From Streptococcus thalassemiae (GTDB taxonomy: Bacteria; Bacillota; Bacilli; Lactobacillales; Streptococcaceae), in the NCBI RefSeq assembly GCF_903645285.1, contig NZ_CAHJXN010000001.1, positions 1-40,000 of the forward strand: a stretch of DNA of 40,000 nt. Direction: 5' to 3'. The notes under the pieces are model-generated. The model did not search any database and had not been told where the DNA came from. It worked only from the letters and a program-made list of their open reading frames with translations. Every line of letters begins with the position of its first letter. Position 1 is the stretch's first letter. Both the position numbers and the translations under genes were made by a program. Below, piece by piece: positions 25,889-34,020 of the stretch.

Positions 25889-26058
25889 TACTTAATCTTC
25901 CTTCCTAGTTCGTATTCTAGTTTTGCTCTTGCTTCTTCCAAACTATAAGACTCTTCTGGATCTAAAATAGCCCCCAAGATGTCTTTTTCTCCGTTGGTAA
26001 AAGCGCTACTTTCCAAAATGTCCGCAGTAGGGAACACAATTCCGTCTACATTATCCAT
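25888..26058 (-). CDS. Hypothetical small protein (56 aa)
   Basis: My own translation. ATG 26058 with an AAGAGG RBS. The stop overlaps the sheath ATG. Confidence 0.45.
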   Translation of the reverse strand: MDNVDGIVFPTADILESSAFTNGEKDILGAILDPEESYSLEEARAKLEYELGRKIK

Positions 26059-26467
26059 CTTTTACCTCTTCTTTCACTTTCAATTCACGTTGTTTGATAT
26101 CTTCCTCTTCTAACTTCAAGCGTGTGCTTGCGTTAAAAATACAATGCAGAACGTTGTCAAACACTTCATACTGACGGTCAAATAAATGAATCGTCGGCAA
26201 GTGTAAGAGTTTATAACTCAATTCTTCCTGCATTGCTAAACACTCGCTACGCTTTTTCTTAGGAGGAAAATAAGACAAATCCACTTTAGAACGTACTTTC
26301 ACATACTTATTGGCCTCTGGAGTGTACTTAGTATCAACCACATGGATAAAAAAACAAGGCTCTTTAAAACCTTGCTCTACTTCATCCAGATAAATCCTGA
26401 TGTCAGGATATAACCCCTTGATGTGACTAACTAACTCCTCGACTAACCGAAAGCCTTTATTTGCCAT
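26051..26467 (-). CDS. Tail completion or terminator-position protein (138 aa)
   Basis: Assigned by synteny between the HK97 gp10-like and sheath genes. Confidence 0.5.
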   Translation of the reverse strand: MANKGFRLVEELVSHIKGLYPDIRIYLDEVEQGFKEPCFFIHVVDTKYTPEANKYVKVRSKVDLSYFPPKKKRSECLAMQEELSYKLLHLPTIHLFDRQYEVFDNVLHCIFNASTRLKLEEEDIKQRELKVKEEVKDG

Positions 26468-26948
26468 TTCCTAACACTACCTTTCTCATAAAGCCATCAT
26501 ACTTATCACGGACACGATTTTCCATATCGCTTTTAGTATCTTCAACCGTTTTATGAAGGAAAAACTGCCCTGGAACAAAGCCACCATTGACTGTCTTATG
26601 CCCGTACTCAACGTGTGGGGCATAGTAGACCTTGTTATAAACTTTCTGCTTATAAGTCCGTCCAGATACTTCAATACGGCTTTTAGACCAACCTTTTTGC
26701 AAAGTTCCGCCTTGTTTACCATGAGCGCTTGCCCAAAATTTGACGTGTTTGCCATCTTTGGTTGTGAACTCCACCCAATGATCCGTATAAACACCGACAG
26801 GTGTTCTCTCTTTTACTTTGGAATTTAGTTCTGTACCTTCATAATTCAAGGTCTGTCTCATAAATCGGTCTACTCTCGCATGATTCGCATTCCTGTTGAA
26901 GTTGTTAGCAAATTTAGCGAAACTACGATAATCAAAACTGCCACTCAT
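26457..26948 (-). CDS. HK97 gp10-family neck or tail-completion protein
   Basis: The motif VYYAPHVEYGH is characteristic of the gp10 family. Confidence 0.7.
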   Translation of the reverse strand: MSGSFDYRSFAKFANNFNRNANHARVDRFMRQTLNYEGTELNSKVKERTPVGVYTDHWVEFTTKDGKHVKFWASAHGKQGGTLQKGWSKSRIEVSGRTYKQKVYNKVYYAPHVEYGHKTVNGGFVPGQFFLHKTVEDTKSDMENRVRDKYDGFMRKVVLGNGK

Positions 26949-27301
26949 GACTTGCCCTCTAGCTTTATAGCAATTTCTTGATGTGACCAGTACTGACCAA
27001 TAGGCACATTAGAACGTGTAAACACTTTAACGTGCCCATTTCTATCAGTCACCTCAATCTTGCAACCTGCAGGGATATCATAGACAACTGAGCAAAAGAG
27101 TTTCATATCATATCCATTAGCTTGATAGTCGCTCCCATTCGTTGAACTATTGCTCATTTGCGAAATCCTGCAAGGAATGTCCTCTAATAGCACGCTTTCT
27201 GACATACTGGTCAAACCGTCTATCTCTTGCTCAGTATAAACTTTAACCGTCATTTTACAGTCATACAAGCAATCAAAGACTGTCTTAGCATATTCGGTCA
27301 T
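26945..27301 (-). CDS. Head closure or head-tail adaptor protein (118 aa)
   Basis: Assigned by synteny and size only. Confidence 0.5.
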   Translation of the reverse strand: MTEYAKTVFDCLYDCKMTVKVYTEQEIDGLTSMSESVLLEDIPCRISQMSNSSTNGSDYQANGYDMKLFCSVVYDIPAGCKIEVTDRNGHVKVFTRSNVPIGQYWSHQEIAIKLEGKS

Positions 27302-27693
27302 AGTAGCTTCCTAAAACGATTCAACTGACGCTTGTAGCGCTCAAGTGATGACGGCACTTGTTTCATTCGTTGAATCATTTCATAAGGACTAACCTTTTCG
27401 ATTGTCGTATCACCCATTTTGATACTCTTAACCGAAAAGTCGTCTGCGTCAGCTTTTTTAGCAAGAACGCTTTGCTCCTTGACCTTGTCTAGTAAGTCGT
27501 TGGTCATGTCTATCCATACGTTCTCTAAACGTCCAGGCACACTGTCTTGGTGAATATAATTCAAAATCTCATTTTCTGCTTGAGTTAAAGCGTAATGGAG
27601 AACTTCCATATCGTTGAAATAATTATCCTGACGCATTTTCCGAACGCATGAGATCAAGTACATTGTGTTGTCTTGTTTCAATTCTTGAATCAT
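27298..27693 (-). CDS. Head-tail connector protein (gp6-like)
   Basis: Assigned by synteny, immediately after the major capsid gene. Confidence 0.5.
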   Translation of the reverse strand: MIQELKQDNTMYLISCVRKMRQDNYFNDMEVLHYALTQAENEILNYIHQDSVPGRLENVWIDMTNDLLDKVKEQSVLAKKADADDFSVKSIKMGDTTIEKVSPYEMIQRMKQVPSSLERYKRQLNRFRKLL

Positions 27694-27708
27694 ATTCTGT
27701 CACCCAAT

Positions 27709-28701
27709 CTATTTGCCGATTTTGTGTTTCAAAGCGATAATACCGATGTTCTTAGGCTCGTAAACACGTTGCCAGTTCTTGAATTTAGCCAAGTCAGCGT
27801 TTGATGGAGTGATGTTTCCTTCAGCAACTTCTGCGCCAGTCCATTTCACACCGTAAGGGTGCATAACAAGGGCACGACGAGTGTAAATCATGTCGTTGCC
27901 TTTAGCTGCTTCACGAGAAGTTTCAAACGTAGTCAATCCTGATGGATTTCCTGTATTGAGACCGATTGAACCAGTACGGAAAAGGTATGATGTATAAACA
28001 TCTCCTGTTGGCGCAATACCATCATCGATAATGACACGGTAACCAAGGTAGGTAGGGATGTTGATAGTCGCAGTTGTTGGCTGGATGTATTGAATCAAGT
28101 TATCTTTTTGTAGTTTTGTATAAACCGCTGAGTGCATAGCAATCGCAGTAACTTGATCAGCAGAATCCCCAAGCAATTGTTTAGCGTCAAGTACCATAGC
28201 TGCACTAATTCCTTCAGCTACTTTCGTTTGGTCTGATACGTGGGTTTCTTCCAGCGCACCTTTCTCACCACCGGTACCAGTAGCAAAGATACCATTCAAG
28301 GTAGCAATCAAGGCTTTTTGGTCTTCACGCAACCAATAAGCACCGATACGGTTCAAGATAGCACGCACTGGGTCAGACCCAGCTACAATACCAGTCAATT
28401 CGTTGGCAGCCCAACCACGTCCACGATAAAGAACGCAGGCAATGTCTGCTCCAGCAGTAATTTTACCAGTTTCTAGGGCTTTGTCGCCATTCCCGAGAAC
28501 CTCAGAATCACCAGTAAGGTCGTTCCAGAAAGGCATGTTGACCAACAGACCGCCGGATGTAATGTTTTTAGAGACACGTTCGTCTGATACTGCGATACCA
28601 CTTTGAACGAAAGCAGATTTAGCAGCAGTGTACTGTTGCATGTAGGCATTGTACTGTTGAGGTGTAATCGTGTCTAGAATTTTTGTAAGTTCATTAGCCA
28701 T
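27709..28701 (-). CDS. Major capsid protein
   Basis: 330 aa directly after the GP20-type scaffold gene, with an ATGA-type overlap. Confidence 0.8.
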   Translation of the reverse strand: MANELTKILDTITPQQYNAYMQQYTAAKSAFVQSGIAVSDERVSKNITSGGLLVNMPFWNDLTGDSEVLGNGDKALETGKITAGADIACVLYRGRGWAANELTGIVAGSDPVRAILNRIGAYWLREDQKALIATLNGIFATGTGGEKGALEETHVSDQTKVAEGISAAMVLDAKQLLGDSADQVTAIAMHSAVYTKLQKDNLIQYIQPTTATINIPTYLGYRVIIDDGIAPTGDVYTSYLFRTGSIGLNTGNPSGLTTFETSREAAKGNDMIYTRRALVMHPYGVKWTGAEVAEGNITPSNADLAKFKNWQRVYEPKNIGIIALKHKIGK

Positions 28702-29282
28702 TAGTTATTTTCTCCTTGTTGTTCTAAAAATTGAGTTAGGTTAAAGTTAGGATTGCTCATAGCAGTTTCCCAATTCCCTAAATTAGCACCTTGCCCATCG
28801 CCCTGATTTGGCGTATATTGGGCTTGTTTCTCCCCGTTAAAGAGATATGGACTCTTAGCACGCTGAGCTTCGATTTGCTCAGTCAAACCAATCAATTTGC
28901 CATCTTTTACAGAGATTTCGTCTTTGTTTAAGATTTTCTCAAAAATTTCTGCGTCTCGAACGCCAGCTTTTGCCAATTCAGCATCGATTAAGCGAGATTT
29001 ATTCTCATCTGCTAGTTTCATCTCAAGCGCTTCTGTATCTTGTTTGTACTTAGCTTGTAAGCCCTCTAGCTTTTGCTGAATATCTTCAACATCTGCGCCT
29101 TTTTTCTTCAAATCATTCAAGTCTTTATCACGTTGTGTCAGCTGTCCACGAACGCTCTCTAATTCGCTTTCTTTACTTGCTACATCATCTTTGAATTTTT
29201 GGACAGAAGCACCATACAAAGCGAAGACTTGAGAAATTTGGTCTTCAGTTAAGCCGATGTTTGCCAGTTGTTCTTTTTTCAT
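28701..29282 (-). CDS. Scaffolding protein (Phage_GP20-like)
   Basis: MKKEQLANIGLTEDQISQVFALYG... followed by a long coiled coil, as in GP20 scaffold proteins. Confidence 0.8.
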   Translation of the reverse strand: MKKEQLANIGLTEDQISQVFALYGASVQKFKDDVASKESELESVRGQLTQRDKDLNDLKKKGADVEDIQQKLEGLQAKYKQDTEALEMKLADENKSRLIDAELAKAGVRDAEIFEKILNKDEISVKDGKLIGLTEQIEAQRAKSPYLFNGEKQAQYTPNQGDGQGANLGNWETAMSNPNFNLTQFLEQQGENN

Positions 29283-29402
29283 TTTGAAAATCCTTTCCTC
29301 TACGCTAGGCTTTTTAGGTGTTCTCCATCACCAGTCGCTCCGCTTTTGTTAGGACTACGGACTTGTCCAATATTTGAACCTTTTAACGCCATGCTCAGGG
29401 CA

Positions 29403-29432
29403 TAAGAAAACCGCCTCGATTTCGATGCGGTT
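29403..29432 (-). terminator. Intrinsic terminator after the antirepressor gene
   Basis: Minus strand reads AACCGCATCGAaatCGAGGCGGTT followed by TTCTTAT. Confidence 0.6.
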
Positions 29433-29441
29433 AGAACATAA

Positions 29442-30197
29442 TTAGATAAATAGTAGTCTAAAGGTTTCACGACCTTTAGGTGTGATGAGAGTCTGTGTGC
29501 CAGACCATTGTGTTTTTTCGTTGAGTGTTTCCTTGACCTCAAACAAACCATCATTTTTATTGGCTGTTGGTTGGAGCTTGCCTTTCTTATCTCGATAAAT
29601 GTATTTTTTCTCCATCAAGAAGTCAATAAACTTACGTTCTTTGATTTTTAATTGTTTTGCTGTTTCTCTGAAGCTGGTCAGTAAGTTTCTATCTACTAGT
29701 TCATCGAAATAGTCTGCTTTCGGCTTCATTATAGTATTTTCAACGGAAAGTACAGCTTTTTCAGCTTCCAAGTTTTTAATGACTGCTTCTTTTTCTTTCA
29801 GTTGATTACCAGCCATAAGGAGCAAGTCTGCTAAGGCTTGTTTGTTGTGTGTGATATTATAGGCCACTTGGTCGGTCATATAAGCGCCATGCTTACGAAT
29901 AGAGGGCAGCACTTCGCTAGTGACCCAATCAGCAAATTTCTCTGCTTCTGGTTTGCGAGATTGAAAAACAAGTTTATAGAAATTCGCTTCGTTGATGAAG
30001 TTGGCTTGTTGGACTCCTCCATTTGTAAGGATGTCACTACTAGTTACACCCTTTGGATTAAGTCTTTCTAATGTTTTTCGTGGGTTACTTAAATCCAGAA
30101 TTTGGCAACAATCATTCAAATTAAAGAATGGCTCGCCTTTAATTTCTATTGTTCTTACTTCTCCGAATTGTTCATTTTTAAAAATTTGTAGTTCCAT
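29442..30197 (-). CDS. Antirepressor (BRO-N domain plus KilAC/ANT-like C-terminus)
   Basis: N-terminus MELQIFKNEQFGEVRTIEIKGEPFFNLNDCCQILDL...ANFINEANFYKLVFQSRKPEAEKFADWVTSEVLPSIRKHGAY is a textbook BRO-N sequence. Confidence 0.85.
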   Translation of the reverse strand: MELQIFKNEQFGEVRTIEIKGEPFFNLNDCCQILDLSNPRKTLERLNPKGVTSSDILTNGGVQQANFINEANFYKLVFQSRKPEAEKFADWVTSEVLPSIRKHGAYMTDQVAYNITHNKQALADLLLMAGNQLKEKEAVIKNLEAEKAVLSVENTIMKPKADYFDELVDRNLLTSFRETAKQLKIKERKFIDFLMEKKYIYRDKKGKLQPTANKNDGLFEVKETLNEKTQWSGTQTLITPKGRETFRLLFI

Positions 30198-30207
30198 TTT
30201 TATGCTC

Positions 30208-30483
30208 CTAGTTAAAAATTTTACTTCCTAAGATTTCTGCTTTATCTGTTGAGTTCATCAAAATAAAAGCAATTTCATCTAGTGTTGAATGAAGTAAACC
30301 GAATTGTTCATTAAAAGTATCAAAGAACTTTTTAGACAGCTCTTTAAAAGCTGTATCGTCCTTAAGTTGAACCCAAGACAAGGTTTCTGTCATATTGGTT
30401 GCCATTTCAACCGTTCTTCGAATATCTGAAAGCTCGTAGCCTAGATGAGTCAATTGTTCTTCTGTTAATTCAATTTTTGCCAT
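30208..30483 (-). CDS. Hypothetical helical protein (91 aa)
   Basis: Start at ATG 30483 (AAAGGAG RBS). Lies between the RHH and antirepressor genes. Confidence 0.55.
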   Translation of the reverse strand: MAKIELTEEQLTHLGYELSDIRRTVEMATNMTETLSWVQLKDDTAFKELSKKFFDTFNEQFGLLHSTLDEIAFILMNSTDKAEILGSKIFN

Positions 30484-30598
30484 TATAAAAACTCCTTTGC
30501 GGTATGACAAAGAAGCTCTTTTCTGATATAATGATTTCAGAAAGAGTTTCTTTCGTGCGATAGCTTAGAACCAACTGTTTGGCGATAGGGGTTCTAGG

Positions 30599-30778
30599 CT
30601 ATTTTTGTTTATTTAATTCTTGATATAACTTGTCAATACCTTTTCGGATAACACTAGATTTCGTGCTATCCGTTTTTTTTGCAATTTCTTCAAGTTTATC
30701 AACCGTTTCGTCGTCAACTCGAACTCGCAACATGGTATTTTTAGGCTTATCTTTGAATTGTTCTTTTCGTGCAAGCAA
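30599..30778 (-). CDS. Ribbon-helix-helix (Arc/Mnt/CopG-like) repressor
   Basis: NTMLRVRVDDETVDKLEEIAKKTDSTKSSVIRKGIDKLY fits beta-strand, helix, helix. The TTG at 30778 is 8 nt after GGAGG. The track start, GTG at 30787, overlaps the SD. Confidence 0.7.
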   Translation of the reverse strand: MLARKEQFKDKPKNTMLRVRVDDETVDKLEEIAKKTDSTKSSVIRKGIDKLYQELNKQK

Positions 30779-30794
30779 TTTGCTCACCTCCTTT

Positions 30795-30839
30795 TTGTTG
30801 CTACAATGTCATTATATAACTTTGTAGCAACAAAGTCAA
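30795..30839 (-). promoter_or_regulatory. Promoter TTGACT, 17 nt, TATAAT, flanked by a perfect 12-bp inverted-repeat operator
   Basis: -35 at 30834-30839 and -10 at 30811-30816. TTGTTGCTACAA at 30795-30806 and its complement TTGTAGCAACAA at 30822-30833 bracket the -10. Confidence 0.7.
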
Positions 30840-30860
30840 GAGGTTTTTTGAAAAAAATTA

Positions 30861-30900
30861 AAAATAAGAAAAGCACTTAGATTTCTCTAGGTGCTTTTTT
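30861..30900. terminator. Bidirectional-looking intrinsic terminator after the CPCC gene
   Basis: 10-bp stem AAGCACTTAG/CTAGGTGCTT, with an A-run on one side and a T-run on the other. Confidence 0.65.
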
Positions 30901-31105
30901 ATCTAATTGGTAAGCCTTTTGCGTATGCTTCTTTAGCCTCCGCAAGTGTCATTTTATTTGGACCGCCATCGATATTAAATGCTCCCGTATTTTGCCAATG
31001 ACAAACATCACAAATATCATAAGTTTCTACTAAATTTCCACATACGGGGCAATGCACATGTTCCCATCCGTCAATCATTATTATATTCTTTTTTATAGTC
31101 GTCAT
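30899..31105 (-). CDS. Cys-rich CPCC-family small protein (68 aa)
   Basis: HCPVCGNLVETYDICDVCHWQNTG...DGGPNKMTLAEAKEAY matches my recollection of the CPCC family. Start chosen at ATG 31105 (GGAGAGG RBS), overlapping the gp7 3' end. Confidence 0.6.
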   Translation of the reverse strand: MTTIKKNIIMIDGWEHVHCPVCGNLVETYDICDVCHWQNTGAFNIDGGPNKMTLAEAKEAYAKGLPIR

Positions 31106-32624
31106 GGTAATATTCCTCTCCATCATCTGGCTTAAACATAGTTGTTATTCTCGCTTTTCCTGAGGCATTTCTTTTTCCAATCGCAATTGTCCCCGTTTCT
31201 CGATTAAATCGAACTCTTCTTTCTCCAGTATCATAACCTATAATATTTTTAGAGACAACAGAAGATAATAAATTTCTAGCCAATTGTTGATATTCTTCAG
31301 GGTTTTCCGCTCCGAACTCTTTCCCATGACTTTTGAAATGTCCATTTAAAGATTTCTCAGTAGGAAACTTGGACTTTGCCCATCTGATGCGGTCTTTTAG
31401 TTCCTTGTATCCCTCAACATCATTATACTTCAAATCATAGAAGCCTGCAAATGTTTTGGGCATATTTTGAGAGCCTAAAACCTGCCTATAAGCTATGAAC
31501 TGCTCCTTGGTTCTGCGTACTCTGTCCTTTTCCAATCGTTCAGCTTGTAGCTTGTCTTTGATAGCAGTCTGGCCATACTTATCAAGTTGCTGCTTTCGCC
31601 AGTCCTTGAAGGTCTGACCACTTTCAACCTCATAGCCTTTCCCTGTTTCAATATCTCTTGCATAGCGTTTCCCACCTTTTTCTAAGGCAGGAACCGTCGT
31701 ACATCGACAGTGAGGGTGCATAGTAGGGTAATTTACACCTTTCTCTGCATCTTTAACAAGAAATACCTTACCATCCAACTCACCACAAATAGGGCATGTG
31801 TGAACCTCTAAGGTCGCCAGATACCTGTACTTCTTGATATTGTCGTCTTGGTATTCATCTAACGTTGCCTGAGCCTGAATTCCGTTCGTTTCCGTCTGCA
31901 AAACAGTAACCGCACGATTACGAGCACGTTCGAACTCAATTGCTAGAAGTTTACTGGACTGGTCTACGGGATAACCTCGGTTTAAATCATTGGTTACAAG
32001 CGATTCTACTCTACTAACCAATTCGTCCATGTTGCTACCCCAAACACGCTCAGAGAATCGCTTACCTTTGAAGTTTTCGTTGATCGCCTTTTGAAGATAC
32101 TCTTCTTCTAGACGCTCAGGCTTGAAATTCGGTTCCCTTTTGGTCTGCTTATGGTAGTTGTAAGCACGATTTAAGTAAGTTTCTTGGTAGGTTTGTTTGA
32201 GATGTGTTTCTATTCGCTTGTTGATTTTACCAGTCATTTCAGCGATATCCATCTCAACACCAGCAAACAAGGCATCTGCATTTGTTTTGACCTTTATTGA
32301 CCTTGACCACTCTGTTAAATCAGGATGTTTCTTAACAAAACCAGCAATCTCTTGCTTGGTTTTTAATTGGTCAGTCTTAGTCAAGGATAACAGATAAAAT
32401 GGCAATGAGTCACTGCGATTTTTAGATACCCTCTCAAACGCCTCTAAACGCCCTGTAATGCGTTTTAGTGTTCTGCGGTATAAATTATCGATGTAGTCTA
32501 TTATCTCGCTGAGGTCGTCAATCTGAGCCAACTCATATAGCAATCTGTCCTTCTCTTCTCGGCTGAGGTCGTCAAGAGATTCGATGAAAGCAATTTTCTC
32601 TTCTTTATTCAGCTTCCGACTCAT
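31071..32624 (-). CDS. Minor head / head morphogenesis protein (SPP1 gp7 / Mu F-like) with a C-terminal extension
   Basis: gp7 signature HTCPICGELDGKVF...HPHCRCTTVP. About 120 extra C-terminal residues carry GHFKSHGKEFGAENPEEYQQLA. Confidence 0.8.
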   Translation of the reverse strand: MSRKLNKEEKIAFIESLDDLSREEKDRLLYELAQIDDLSEIIDYIDNLYRRTLKRITGRLEAFERVSKNRSDSLPFYLLSLTKTDQLKTKQEIAGFVKKHPDLTEWSRSIKVKTNADALFAGVEMDIAEMTGKINKRIETHLKQTYQETYLNRAYNYHKQTKREPNFKPERLEEEYLQKAINENFKGKRFSERVWGSNMDELVSRVESLVTNDLNRGYPVDQSSKLLAIEFERARNRAVTVLQTETNGIQAQATLDEYQDDNIKKYRYLATLEVHTCPICGELDGKVFLVKDAEKGVNYPTMHPHCRCTTVPALEKGGKRYARDIETGKGYEVESGQTFKDWRKQQLDKYGQTAIKDKLQAERLEKDRVRRTKEQFIAYRQVLGSQNMPKTFAGFYDLKYNDVEGYKELKDRIRWAKSKFPTEKSLNGHFKSHGKEFGAENPEEYQQLARNLLSSVVSKNIIGYDTGERRVRFNRETGTIAIGKRNASGKARITTMFKPDDGEEYYHDDYKKEYNND

Positions 32625-34020
32625 GCTCTAACTCTTCCATATCGTAGGCTTTTTCAGGGCGTTCCTCTTGTTCAGCTTTCTGCAAGCGCAGTTCATCCTG
32701 CCAATCTTCTACAATTGGATTCGATTTAGCTACGTTCTCTCTTGATGTGATAGTTGCAAGAGTAGAAACTACTTGAGCCATTTCTGTATCGTTATTGATT
32801 GAGTTCCGTGTCCATGTTTGCTTGATTTTGAGTTTGTCGGAAAATCCTAGATGTTTCAAGATCATCTTGACAAGCGTGGCATATCCACTTCTGAACTGAG
32901 TCTCCATATTACCAGCTTTTAACTCTAAAAGAGAGTATAGGAACTTCAGAGCAACGCCTGAACTGTTCCCCAGTTTATCTGTTTCAGGATTAACCCCTTG
33001 GCCACTAATAAAGATTTGTTTCTTAGTCCTCTCTAAAATCAGATTTCTGGCTTCGGTTGGAATGTCAATAGCAATGGTTGTAACTCCTGATTGGTCTCCC
33101 ATGCCGTCGTTGTCCATCTTAATCATCTTGTAGCGTTTCAAATCTTCTAGAAACTCTTGCTTGTCCTGTCCACCGTAGTTAGTAAGGACAAAGATAACCT
33201 CTTGAACATCGTCTGTATCATTTACAAACCCACTAAAAACCTTGTCGTAAACATCAACCAGGTCTTTGATTGGCTTCAAGTCGTTGGTCTCGATTTCATT
33301 GTTTTTAAACGGAATAAAAGGAACAAGACCAAAATCATGTTTGAAACTATTGTCGCTTGAGCGGTCGCCATTCATGGTATCAACCAAAGAGATTGCTTGG
33401 AATGTCTCTAATTCTTCCAGTGGTTTATTTTCTTCATGGCGATAGAAAGAACACTCTTTGTCGTTCCAGTATTCGTAAACAGTATAATTCTTACCATCTG
33501 TTTCATCTATGCTAGAGTAAACTCGCAGTACCCCAATTAACTTCTTATCCAAAGACTTTGAGTAGATTGGTATTACTTCTTTTGAGTCCACACAAGCATA
33601 TCTAAACGAGTTATCATTAGCGTCTTTCCAAACGTGAAGCCAAGCGATGCCAGCATTTCCTGCATTCACACAAAGTTGCTTGCTGATACGTTCATAATCG
33701 TCTCCTAAGACGTCTACAATCTTATCATTAACGCTTTTATCGTCCACATCAAATGTAGGCGGATAGGTCAACGCATAAGCCTTTTTCTGATCAAGCAATA
33801 ACTGATGCCAGTTGTGACTAATACGGTTGTCAGCATTACGAAAAGGATTATCTTCTGCTTTTGCTTCATTCTCTGCGCCTTTCTTGTCGGCAGGCTTACT
33901 CTTCCGTTTAATATCATTCTCGTTACGATAGTATTTCTCAGCATCAGCTGCTTGTGAGACAAACTCTCTGTGCTTAACCATCTGCGACGAGATTATTTTT
34001 TTAATTACTTCTATTTCCAA
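32605..34020 (-). CDS. Portal protein (SPP1 gp6-like)
   Basis: Follows terL. Start proposed at TTG 34020 (AGGAGG 9 nt upstream); the alternative is ATG 33981. The track start at 34176 lies deep inside terL. Confidence 0.8.
   Translation of the reverse strand: MEIEVIKKIISSQMVKHREFVSQAADAEKYYRNENDIKRKSKPADKKGAENEAKAEDNPFRNADNRISHNWHQLLLDQKKAYALTYPPTFDVDDKSVNDKIVDVLGDDYERISKQLCVNAGNAGIAWLHVWKDANDNSFRYACVDSKEVIPIYSKSLDKKLIGVLRVYSSIDETDGKNYTVYEYWNDKECSFYRHEENKPLEELETFQAISLVDTMNGDRSSDNSFKHDFGLVPFIPFKNNEIETNDLKPIKDLVDVYDKVFSGFVNDTDDVQEVIFVLTNYGGQDKQEFLEDLKRYKMIKMDNDGMGDQSGVTTIAIDIPTEARNLILERTKKQIFISGQGVNPETDKLGNSSGVALKFLYSLLELKAGNMETQFRSGYATLVKMILKHLGFSDKLKIKQTWTRNSINNDTEMAQVVSTLATITSRENVAKSNPIVEDWQDELRLQKAEQEERPEKAYDMEELEHESEAE

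Noticed and set aside
29300-29554. 84-aa minus-strand ORF spanning the antirepressor 3' end and the scaffold leader
   Set aside because: It overlaps the BRO/KilAC gene in another frame, crosses the terminator, and has no RBS.
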